A DNA stretch of 63,438 nucleotides, counting the filler, from Choristocarpus tenellus KU-1152 (Eukaryota > Protista > Phaeophyceae): assembly GCA_964200185.2 (NCBI GenBank). It is 13 parts of 13 records of this genome, joined end to end, with 100 filler letters (N's around TTAATTAATTAA, not from the genome) between each part and the next. Parts side by side here need not be neighbours in the genome. Positions count along the whole stretch, not along the records: positions 39,315 to 48,847 come from CAXNAD020003600.1; positions 48,948 to 51,564 come from CAXNAD020026238.1; positions 51,665 to 55,630 come from CAXNAD020016886.1; 10 more parts are not named here. One strand, 5' to 3'. The notes under the pieces are model-generated. The model saw nothing but the letters and a program-made list of their open reading frames with translations. It did no database searches and was not told the origin of the DNA. Numbering within the stretch: the first letter of the stretch is position 1; each line of letters starts with the position of its first letter. Positions 43,849 through 55,140 of the stretch are shown here, one piece after another. A program made the translations under genes and the position numbers.

Positions 43849-45228
43849 CTACCTCTTACTTTGGATTTTCTGCTCCATCATCTCGCTTAAACTTTCGAAA
43901 CGGTGTCCGTCTTCCATCTTCCACCAACCCCGTAACCTGGGGAACCTTTCTGTCAGAATGTGCCACAAGTTATGAGGTGACGAATATCGGTCACTCCACT
44001 CCTCTGCTTCCACACCACACAGGAACATGGCCTTTCTCTTGATGAGGATATTAATATCCTACATTTGCAACGTGCGCCTTGCGATCTCGCCCCGATTATT
44101 GCACCCCTTGAGGATAGCGCGGTGGACGTAGCAGTAATCGTCAACAATGATGGATTTGGCCTTCACTCCTGTCTTCGCCGCCACAAACCCATGACAGTCA
44201 ATCACCTGTTTAAGAACATTGGATGTTACTGTCGGTTTTCGATTTTCGAACATTCCGCTTCTGATGCACTCCTTTTCAAAACCATATCTCAACAAAGCAT
44301 CGGCGCAATCTTCAAGAAATTCGTTAGTTATCCCATAATCGATCTTACCATCGGAAGATATGACTTCCTCATCATTTGCCTCAGAGGAATCATTTCCTGG
44401 CGTACTCGCCCCACTTCCATCAAAAAAGGACGAAAGAGATAGTCCGTCCTCTTCGACGACAGAGGCACTATCCTCAACTGACTGTTTCCTCTTACGTCCT
44501 ATACGTCGACGACCGCAATTCGTACGAACGCTCTCCTCGAGCTTCCTCTTGGAGCCACGATTCTGTTGCGTCTCCACATCAACCTCAACCCTCTCCACAT
44601 CATCTCCCTCAGCTTCCTCATTTTCTCCGGAGCTGTCAAAGATGTCCAGTGCCGAAGTGAACATCTCGAGGTCGCGGGAGATGTTGCTGTTTGCAGAACA
44701 GCTCGACAAAGCATCGCATTCGGAGTCGGGGGCTTCATCGATATTCCCGAATATGTCGTCGTAGTTGTTGACGATCTCACCGTCTGAGAGGACCATGGGA
44801 GCTGGTCTGGACCTATCGATGCGATCTTCACACGAAGGCTGGATGCTTTTACTCTTTCCCTTCCCTTTGGAAGGGACACCTCGCCCCACCCCAACATCGG
44901 CAACAACCTCTCCAATGACGGACCCATCAATGCTGATGAGATGGTCCTTTGTGGATTGTTGTAGGCGCCGGAAAGGTTGGATTTCTGAGGCGGCCCTCAG
45001 AGCTCCCTTGAGATCCTCGGGGTGCTGGTTGGAACCGAGGCTGAACGTCATGGTAAAGTGGCCGGAGGGCTCGCTGCATAGGTTAGCGAGCCGTTGTTGT
45101 ATAATATCAGCCACTTTCTCTTTGATGTCCTCCTCTTCATGGACCGCTTTCGAAATCCCTCCGGTCCCCGCCACAACAACCGTAACATCACCATAACCTT
45201 GGAGAGGCTGGAATACATTGGTATGCAA
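43849..45228 (-). pseudogene. Unknown acidic/NLS-bearing protein, ~460 codons with one in-frame TAG at 44059-44061
   Basis: The 389-aa ORF continues in frame past TAG (DINILIKRKAMFLCG...NLWHILTERFPRLRGWWKM...QSKR*). Basic clusters KRKLEE and RRRIGRKRK. Confidence 0.6.
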
Positions 45229-45706
45229 AAGAATAGTCGAGACAGAGTCACAAAAAGCATTGGAATGAGGTATATAGAGTGGGGGTTAGAGAAGGCACGC
45301 GGTAGACTTCAGGCATGTCGGTCAACATGATCAACCTCATAAGCTTACATAATATTTACACTACCCCGACGCAATAGGGTAGGATCGAAATTGGTGAGGT
45401 GTGCGGCTACTTTCTTTGACTGGTCTTTGGTTTTAATTGTGTAGGGCTTTTAGGGCGTATATGGCCAAAGCGCTGAGCACGATACACATTTGCAAACTCA
45501 TGTGCACATAAGATCCGCTTCTTAACATAATTTTATGTTTTAAAGCCAATCCGAAAAAAACTCTTTCCAAGTTATACAAGTTGCCCCAAACGGTGCCCTT
45601 TGTAATAATTTATTGGTAACCTAATTTGAGTTAAATAAGTCTTATCCGTGCAAACTGTGACAGTACGGATTTATAAAAAAGTACAACATTTTTTGGCACG
45701 CATTAA

Positions 45707-46340
45707 CTAGGTGGTTGCATTCACTACATGTATCCCAATGTTATGGTCACCTGTATCACCCCCGTCGTCATTTGCGAAGGTGACCCCTTTCGATCTTCTA
45801 ACAATCAAAGGGAAGACTTCCCCGCCATCTACTCCTCGAAGTATTACTCTTGACTTGTACTGTCTCGTTTCAATATTTGTGAACAATGGAACGCACATGA
45901 TAGGGGCGGAACGTCCGGAAAAAGTCAGGTATGGTATGGTGAACACAATTGAAAAGGTTAATGTCGATGGAAAATTGGACGGTGGACATAATGAGTTTAA
46001 CTCCCACCTCCGCAGGTAGCACATATTTGGCTTTCTCCGTCTTCTTCTTCACTGTTCGCTTAGGAGCTTCTATGTCCTCGCCTTCGTCTTCCTCCGAGGG
46101 ACATGCCACCTCTTCACCGCCCCTGAGCTTCTTGGTTATCTGAATGGCGACCTCGTTTACCACGCCTTCAATCAGAACCTCTTCGAGGTGCATTCTTTTT
46201 TTGAATGCGACCTCAAAGTCTGTCAAGTTTGCCTTCTCATTTCTTTCCTGCTTCTTCACAGCTTTTTGGTTACGCATACCCCGCAGGGTCTTGGAGAACT
46301 GGGTGAGGGGAAAGGATGGATATGCATCAGCTGGATTCAT
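45707..46340 (-). CDS. Unknown two-exon protein (short intron ~46013-45920)
   Basis: ...KKKTEKAKYVLPAE|gtggga...ttcag|GRSAPIMCVPLFTN...NATT*. Exact splice phase not resolved. Confidence 0.4.
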
Positions 46341-47035
46341 CTTTAAGTTGTGTAGAATTAAAACAACAAAGGGTGTTTATGTTTTTCCTAAGAAAACACT
46401 GCATCGTGGACAATACAAATATGGTAACCTTGCAAAGGTATTCCAAATAGATGGTACACTTTTGAGGCTGATGTTGTATCCGGTTGAAAGTTTTCAATCC
46501 TTTTGATTTCTTGACTGTCGGACCGATGGTATAGTGTCTAAAATGGTCACATTTACAAAACAACTACTCGTTCATATTTTCAGTCCGCCAGGATGCCTTT
46601 GAATTGAACGGTGACGAGATGTATTTGAATGATGCCAAACCTAAGTGTAAGGATATTGTTGTGTTGCCAATTTTCGAGAATAAAATCCAAGGCCATGTAT
46701 TTTCAATCCGTAATTTTACCGTTTGCCACATTTCTTGTGATTTTGGTGCAAGGTGAAAAAAGTTCATCATCAACTTTTTTTGTAATGTTTTTTATGGTGT
46801 ATTTTAGGTTATAGTATTTGTGAGCGTAATGTTTTTCATGTTGAAGATTTACGATGAACTTACTCGAAGGAGAAAATTTGTTTTATCCTAACAAGAAAAA
46901 TTCGTCTAAAAACTTGTCTATCGTATGGAGAATTTCTTTTTAGGAATTTTCACCATCCGAATTGTTTATTCTGTGTCACCATCTGAGCTTTGAGAAACGC
47001 GGTTAATACCTTCCACGACGATGCAGTTCGAAACT

Positions 47036-48846
47036 TCACTTCTCAGGTCTTAAAGGAATGTGGTTGCTTTGTTCCAATTTAAAGGATTTCAGGGGCGTGA
47101 TATGGTAAAGGTGGTACCTACTCACCCAAGCCTCAAATGACCCCTGTTTCGTATTGGGTGGCACGTAAAATATGGAGAGTGTGTCTTGCTGCAGTCTAGA
47201 CCCAGCTTCCTTTGCAAAGACACCAGCGGCCATGTCGACGATGTCGGACCAGTTGTGATGTTCTGGCATGTCGTCTTTCGACATCCGAAACCTCTCCTGT
47301 CCCACCAGAGCATCCCGGCACATGAGACGGAATTATTCTTCCTTTATGGTTGAATGAAGCTGTGGATGGTTGGACAGGACAAAATGGTTTGAAGTCTTAG
47401 AAACACGAGGAAATATGATTTTGTCGTGATATTGCCAGCGTGCCGGTCTATGCGGGTCATAAGAGCTGCCACAAGCTGAGCATTGACAAGATGAAAGGTT
47501 ACACCAGAGTGCATTACATAAGTTATTGTGGAGGTAGGTGGAAATCGAGCTAAGAGTTGTAAGTGCGCTCACCTTAATCTTAGTCTGGCTGTCGAAGGCC
47601 ATCCTATGTTTCACGACATCAAACGCCCTATCGGGGTTGACCGCCCAGAGAAGTGCAAAATGGTGTACACTGCGGTAGTCGAATGAAGACTGCGGGGAGA
47701 AAGTGAAATGGAGAATGAGTGAAAGCGGGTCCAGCTTAGGAAATGAGGGAAAGTATAGAGTGTCGCTACAATGCAGGACTAAAGTTTTGATATCTATTTT
47801 CAACGACGGTGATTTCAAAGAGACGATGACATTATGTTTGAAATGAACATGTGCTCATGTTGGTCACGAAACTCACGTTTGCTGGGCTTTCTTTGTTACG
47901 TTTCCAGACCTCCATAAGTAGTTCTTGGAACTCCCCTTTATCTGTGTTAGTGCAGGGTGTTACGGTATCAGTATTGGAGCGCTCTTGTTTCGTTTCTGTC
48001 TCCGAGAATTACGTTTTGTGCAATAAGAATTTGGATGCGTGTCAGTGAAGCAGAGTTAAGGAGGGAGCAGACCCAAGCATCATTCTCACCCTCGCTTGCG
48101 CAGTTGTACAAGCAGGTTCCCACGGCATTAAAGAATTCAGTCCGGTCCTGCTTTCTTTTTATGCAGTCCTTGGTCGTCCTTTCCCACGCCTCGTCGAGGA
48201 AAGTCTCGATTTTCGAGGCAACTGTCTTCTTCACTCGCGTTGGGAAGTTCCCCCTTTCTTTTACGTTCAGGTCGATGGCCCCCATGTCATACTGATGACA
48301 TAGTTCAGCCAGCTGACGGCGTCTCTGTCCCTCAACAGATTTAGTATGACATGGGGGCCATCGACCTGAACGTAAAACAAAGGGGGAACTTCCCAACGCG
48401 AGTGAAGAAGACAGTTGCGTCGAAAATCGAGACTTTCCTCGACGAGGCGTGGGAAAGGACGACCAAGGACTGCATAAAAAGAAAGCAGGACCGGACTGAA
48501 TTCTTTAACGCCGTGGCAACCTGCGTGTACAACTGCGCAAGCGAGGGTGAGAATGATGCTTGGGTCTGCTCCCTCCTTAACTCTGCTTTACTGACACGCA
48601 CCCAAATTCTTGTTGCACAAAACGTTCCCCCTTTGTTTTACGTTCAGGTCGATGGCCCCCATGTCATACTGATGACATAGTTCAGCCAGCTGACGGCGTC
48701 TCTGCCCCTCAACAGATTTATCCTTAATCCTCTCCATGCAGGGGTGGGCCTTGTCCAGTGGGTAACCAGCCTCGATGTATTGCATCATCGACCTAACCCA
48801 CGTGACCATCCTATCGAAGATGTCAGCCATGCCGGGTAAGTTCCCT
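47036..48846 (-). pseudogene. Unknown multi-exon gene disrupted by a stop, a frameshift and an inverted triplication
   Basis: Exon-like blocks ending in gtgag donors (...KESPAN|, ...SQTKIK|, ...SFEAW|), a CSACG motif, and an in-frame TAA at 47333. Confidence 0.5.
48011..48625. repeat. 283-bp inverted repeat with 49-bp spacer
   Basis: 48343-48625 is the reverse complement of 48011-48293, with about 8 mismatches by eye. Confidence 0.97.
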
Positions 48847-49425
48847 TNNNNNNNNNNNNNNNNNNNNNNNNNNNNNNNNNNNNNNNNNNNNTTAATTAAT
48901 TAANNNNNNNNNNNNNNNNNNNNNNNNNNNNNNNNNNNNNNNNNNNNCCCCCTCCCAGATACTTTGGGTCTGTAAATGCTGATACTTTATAGGTTGGTAC
49001 ACAAAGCAGGACGGAAAAGGGTTGACGGTCCTGGCAGAGGTACACTCTAAGGGGAAGATGGGGATGAGTAGTAGAGTTCGCCGTTTATGACACAAACTTG
49101 GTTATCCCATAGAGATCACCATATAAAGAAAATATAATGGGTCAGGGTAGGAGCAGTGTACCTGCAACAATCTTGTAGAGGAAGTGCAGTTTAGATACTG
49201 CTTGGAAATGTAGAGCTGGGACAGATATCAGGTCTATATCGATCGGTGATAGAGTGCATGGGTTGTTTTCCATTGCCTATTATATGGGTTCACCCCCAAA
49301 CAATATGGTAAGAAAAATCAAACAGCGTGGACTCATCGTAGGATGATGTAGAGGGGACCACCCTGTTCAAGGGTCACGCATTGAAGGCACGAGGCTAGTA
49401 ATGGAACGCAGAGTTAGGCATAGAT

Positions 49426-49603
49426 GACCCAAAGTCTCTTAGGGGGGGGGGGTTCTACGCCAGGGTGTTTTGGGTCAAAATCAGGAAAGGTGTATTTAGG
49501 GTATCCATCCAACCTATGCAACCAAATCACCCAAAAAATTGCGACATGAAAAAAATGACCCCAAATGGACAGCCGCCACCACCCCCCCCAGATACTTTGA
49601 GTC
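49426..49603 (+). mobile_element. MITE family B
   Basis: GACCCAAAGTCTCTTAGGGG...CCCAGATACTTTGAGTC. Confidence 0.85.
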
Positions 49604-49766
49604 AGGTATCCTGTGAATCAGTGGTTACGTCAGTATGAGTAGTCATAGATGTTATGCATCATACCTACAAGCTGGGAGATAACATGGTGTAAGAACCAAA
49701 ACAAATAAGAAAACCTGTAATAGATATTTCAGAGTACTGAATGAGGGCATGTAGTAGATGGGGATT

Positions 49767-49940
49767 GGCTCAGAATATCCCCGGGGGGGTGGCAGTTGTC
49801 CATTATTTGGGACCAATTTTTTCATCTCGCGATTTTTGGATGTTATGGTTCCATACGTTGGATAATGAAAGTGCACTTTTCCTGGTTTTGGTTCAAATGG
49901 ACACTTTGGTCTAGACCCCCCCCCCCAGATACTTTGGGCC
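49767..49940 (-). mobile_element. MITE family B, inverted
   Basis: ATT|GGCTCAGAATATCC...CCCCAGATACTTTGGGCC|ATA. Confidence 0.85.
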
Positions 49941-51729
49941 ATATTAGGGTGGAGTGACCTCCACGAGATCAAGTATATATATATTCGCAGTACTGGATAA
50001 AGGCATGTGGTAAGTGGGGATTTTATGTTGAGCGAATGCCACAAAAGTAAGAATTGGAAATTGAGAGTAGATGTATCGTCGGCGATATGATGATAAATAA
50101 CGAGATGTGATAGTTTAAAAAAATGGACTGAGCAAGAGCATCACATTGAAAAATATATGCAGGTAAAAAACAGCACACCTATATAAAGAGGGGTGAGGGG
50201 AATGATTAACCATTGCTCCTCCACCACCCTGCATACAAAGTGCAATATCATTCCCGCATTATTTTGGGACATTTTGAGGCATATTTCGACCAGGCCAGAC
50301 CGATCAGGTCACAGGCTGTACTGGAACTGATATGTTCGGACAGGGCCAAATCATGATCGCCAACTGTTTCAACATGTTCAGGCCGCAGGCCGGCTCCGGT
50401 CCATGGCCAAGCTAACTGCCTGACTAATGCAAGGCCCTGAAAAAGTTGAATATTCTAAAATATCCCTTTTTCCACACTTTATGCAGACACAAGCAGGCAC
50501 AAAGAGAAAAGGAAAAAACATACATACACTAAAACAAAAAATACGGAACTGGGGAAATACCCCAAGAAAGAACACCAAAACATCGTGCACATAACGCAGC
50601 AGTACAGTGCTTCGATTAGTAATCCAGGCTACAAGGCAAGGCAATTCCACACAACTTTCACACATTGCTGCAGTCAACATGCACCCCACACACATACAAA
50701 GAAGGCTGCATTGCAGCCAGGAAAGCTGCAACGATATGCTCCCCACTCTACCACTAACTAAGCCATAAAAAACCAACGTAACACACAAACATACAGTATT
50801 CTTTTTCTTCCAAAATTCCCAATGCCTTCCATGAGCATGGGACTTTCTCTCTATCCCCCCTCAACAATTCCTGACAACATTCACACTGTATTTCTTTGTC
50901 TCATTATGGCATTTCCAACCCTTCAGAACTTGCATAGGCTAGACCAACAGTATCGATTCTCATTCCAGAACCCAATACCATTGATATCAAAACAATTCCT
51001 GACTCTCACACTTCAATACTTCATACAAGCATCTAGCTAAGGACTGAGTGTGATCTACACAGACTTATCTTATCATCTCCTCAAGATGCTACATGACAAG
51101 CAACATCATGTCAAAAACTGAGGAGTGAGTACTTTGAGTGACTAGTTCTCCTCATGATAGCAATGCGCTCAAATATCAAAAGGTGAAATGCTAGATTCTC
51201 AACAACTAAAAAGGATGTTGGACAAGGCACGCAAGGAAAGCTACACAACTCAACTGGGTTCTGCAGTGGATTGCAATTTGCAAGCACATGATAACCTTTG
51301 GTCATGACAATTAACCCCCAAAACCATCCTTACAATGAACACATTGAGCAGATGGATTTCAAGTCGTGCTCTTGCTTAAGCTCATGGTCCCTCTATTATC
51401 TATTGCTGTTTCAACGATATGTCTCAGTTCAGCGGCTACGAATCTGTTGCCTGTGGCGACATGCTCACTGATCGAGGGGGGCTGCTTGGTGCGCAGGTCA
51501 CAGGGGTACTGCGGAAAGGGGGGGGGGGGGGGGGGAGAGTTTTTTTTGGGGGGGGGGGGAAAAGNNNNNNNNNNNNNNNNNNNNNNNNNNNNNNNNNNNN
51601 NNNNNNNNTTAATTAATTAANNNNNNNNNNNNNNNNNNNNNNNNNNNNNNNNNNNNNNNNNNNNAATGAGGAGGTTTATAGGCTAGCAACAAACCCAGGA
51701 TGGAGGAGTCGGCAGCACCAAGATACTAT

Positions 51730-51899
51730 GACCCAGGGGTGGGGGGTCTACACGAGGGTGTCCATTTGGGTCATAACCCGGAAATGTGCAGTTACATTCT
51801 GCATCTGACGTATGCAACCAAATCACACAAAAATCGCGACGTGGGAAAAAATGGCCCCAAATGGACAGCTGCCACACACCCCCCAAGATACTTTGAGCC
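51730..51899 (+). mobile_element. MITE family B
   Basis: GACCCA..GGGGTCTACACGAGGG...CCAAATGGACAG...AGATACTTTGAGCC. Further partial ends at 9305-9369, 22156, 25431-25451, 39315-39367, 48948-48970, 55609 and 55731-55763. Confidence 0.85.
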
Positions 51900-52059
51900 A
51901 TTTGGGTACCATCTCTCCAACCTGCGATTGAAGATTACTCATTTGTATCTTTCAATCCTCTTCGGGCATAAAACAAGATGGCATTGACACACGTGATAGA
52001 TATCACGCTTTAGCTAGCTTATAATGGGATGATCTTGTTCCGGACAATGCTGTCACACT

Positions 52060-55000
52060 ACAAAACAATATGTGCGAATACGACACAGCAGTACACTTCC
52101 AAATACAATATATTTCGGCACAACATAAGATACACGAACCACATCATCATAGATAGATAACATTAACGATTGCTCTAGATACACTGCAGTATGTGATGTT
52201 TTTTAAAATCATATTTGTTGGGGGGAACATATTGGACAAGGAAATCACTTCATCTATCCTATGTACTAAAACTACTTACCACACAGCACCATCTCCCCTT
52301 CACGCTAGTCACCTCTCCTTTTCTGCTTCTGCTGCATCTAAAAACCCTCTCCTCTCTTTCTCCCACTATTGGACTTGCTCTTGTTAATCGATTGTGCATG
52401 TCTCACGTTTGTTGGCAAGGTCTGTCGATCTTTCCTGTGGTAGATACATAGGGCAGCGTCAAGAACAAGAAGGAGGCAGAAGTTCATCAGAGAAAAAATA
52501 GGGGTAGTGGAGTGATCAGTGCCTGTAACATGAATAAAGTTCATTTCCCTTCAAAAGCCCCACCTAGAGTTCACTGTATACCACAGGTACACAGAACATG
52601 TGCCAATTTGGCTTATGCATACCCGGGATGCTTTTTGCACCATTGATGTTTCTACCAGCCGTGAACCCAAGTACTGCTTCGAACTATCTCCTTCTAACAC
52701 TTCAAATTGCAAATTGCTCACAGACAGCTTCCTCTCTCGTACGTTTTTCTATACCCTCATCTCAGGCTTCGTTGCCTCTCTTTTTCTTGGCCAATCCCCA
52801 GTCTCTCAACTGCCTTCCTAACGGCAGTGGTTAGTGTGTCTCTCACCTGGAAGTGATCCTTCAGCCCATTGATCTCATTTGTGTGGAGCAACATCCGCTG
52901 ATCTAAACATCGCTTCCATCTCCATCTTGGCTGCTTCCCCAACTCCCTGGGCAATGTGTGCATACTGGGAGTGGTCATCCGCAAGCATCATCTTGCATGA
53001 TTGCACAGTCTCGGCCTGGTAGCTGAGAATTTCAGAGCACCACAAGAATTCTTTGATCAGAAATGATTAAATACACCAAAACAAGATGCCAAGCAACCTC
53101 CCATGATACTCAAGGAGAAATAGCAAGCCTGGTGTGTGATCTAGCATAGGAAATATAATAGCAACAGACCCTTTGCAAGGCACCAGAGACATCGGCACCT
53201 TAGTTGACATACTGTACAGCAACTCACACAGGGCTGTTCATCACAGAGATGTGACCTATGTTGAGCAGCACGCCAAGGTCAAGCAAATGTCTGACCCACT
53301 TATTGGCGAGAAAAATTGCATCCTCAGTCAAGTGAAGAAGGTGATTGATGATGCGACTGGTTTGAAGAACAATACAAAACTAGTCATGAGCAAGAAAAAT
53401 CCTCGACAACACTGGTCACGTGCTCATCTCTTTCTCATGACTGGCTTGTACTTCTCCACAATGGCCAGGTCAGCATTCCCTTTCTCTACTTCACAGACAG
53501 GATCATTGCACTCAGCAATAAGCATGCGGAAGGCTTGCTTGACATTGGCCTGCTGCCTAAAGTAGATAGTTTCTATTGTCATAAACAGCCCCATGTCATG
53601 TTTCGTGTGGTGTACCAGCCGTGTGTTGTTGAGTGCAGTGAGTGTGTCACGGTAGAAAGTGGGACCACAGACAGCACTCGGTACCAAGGTGTACAAAGTA
53701 TATTGTGTGTTAAGTACAGGCAAGCTTTGACCATTTCTGCTGACTTTCAACACTGTTCTTCTGTTTCAGGAGTCTTCCATTGCATAATCCAGGGGATAAT
53801 TTGTTTCAGCTTTTGGTGGGTCTAGCTAGACCTTCTCGAAGGAGACTCTCGGGAAAGATCAAGCAATATATTTTCTGGAGCGTTTACACGTAGATATAAC
53901 CTTGCCATTCCATTTGACTAGAAGGCTTGGGCCTTCAATTAATATGCTTGGATGCCGTCTCTCCAATCCTCAAAGTGGAGACTGCACATTCGGCTCCTTT
54001 GATCTAATTTGAGCATAGAACGAGATGGTATTTAAAATACAGCCACATGTGCGATGGATATCATACATAAGGGTACCCAATATAGTGTGATGATCTTGTC
54101 ATGCCCTTAGTTACAGAGGTAGGTTATCTTCAGCACTAATAATTAACATGCACGAAAACAATAGCAGAGCACTTATGGCAATTTTTTTACACAACATAGG
54201 TGCAAGGAGTACATAAACATAGACCACGGTAAGGGTTGTGCAGACACGCTGCAGTATGACCATTTTATGTTCGATCTAAGTCAGAGTGTACATGTTGACA
54301 AGGGCTCGTGCATTCCATGCACCCCAACTACTTGTTGCGCAGCACCTGCTCCCCCTTATGTCAGTCACCTCTCATTTTCTGCTGCAGCCTCCATGTACCC
54401 CCTCTTCTCCATCTCCAACACTTGGACTTGCTCTCGTGCATCTGTTTTGCGTGTCTCCAGTTTGTTGGTAAGCTCTGTTGATCTCTCTTGTAGTTCATAG
54501 AGTGCAGGGTCAAGAATAAGCAGGAACCAAAGGCCCACAAGAAGAGAAAATGCAAAGGTGGTGGAATTACCGGAACCTGCCGCTTCTACTCAGATGCACT
54601 GTCCTTTGATAGCCCCACCCTACGTTCTCTGTATGCAACAAACAGTAGAATACAAGGGGATTTACCATGATGTTGTACTTTGCACACACCAACTTGGCTG
54701 ACTCAATATACATATTTTATGGAGGAGGTCACACCTCAGACACTCTCCACATCACCGACATGTCTGCCAGCTTTGCAGCCAAGTGCTCCCTCTGAGGAGA
54801 AAGGCAGGAGAATTGAAACAAAATTAAAATGGCGGAGCAGAGGTTAGAGCAAGCAGTCCAGAGCCTCATGGCAATGTATTACGATCTACACATTGTTTAA
54901 AACTTTGACCAGGCACACGGTGACAAGTTGAATGTGGGATAACGTCAGGAATCATCAAAGCATTGTAGTGCCGACCTCATGCCACCCTTTAGTGACAAGC

Positions 55001-55140
55001 TCATCGGCGATGAGCAGGTCCATTTCCTGGAATCTTAATGCCTCCCGGGTTGATGCAATCTGTCGCCACTGGTCAAGCAGAAGCTGCTGCACTTGGGGCC
55101 TCCTGAGCACGTGCACGTTGTGTGCTTCAAAAGGCAGGGC
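52060..55140 (-). pseudogene. Decayed coiled-coil multi-exon gene(s) with two diverged paralogous units
   Basis: ERSTDLANKRETCTID*QEQVQ*WEKERRGFLDAAEAEKER* (~52434-52309) vs ERSTELTNKLETRKTDAREQVQVLEMEKRGYMEAAAENER* (~54488-54366), with homologous flanks. Confidence 0.45.

Larger units (their letters stand above)
39400..48846. mobile_element. Large degenerate multi-gene element (Sola2-like transposase relic plus accessory ORFs); termini not visible
   Basis: The whole contig is CpG-rich and ORF-dense with short introns and stops/frameshifts, unlike host genes. It contains a transposase-like Cys motif. Confidence 0.5.

Noticed and set aside
44065-45196. Plus-strand ORFs overlapping the 389-aa ORF (likewise 21691-22134, 23204-23730, 48341-48680)
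   Set aside because: Antisense shadows of real coding sequence or by-products of the inversion.
39400-48846. Phaeovirus/NCLDV or Polinton provirus
   Set aside because: No capsid, PolB, packaging ATPase or integrase motif was recognised. Spliceosomal introns and a transposase-like motif favour a transposon.
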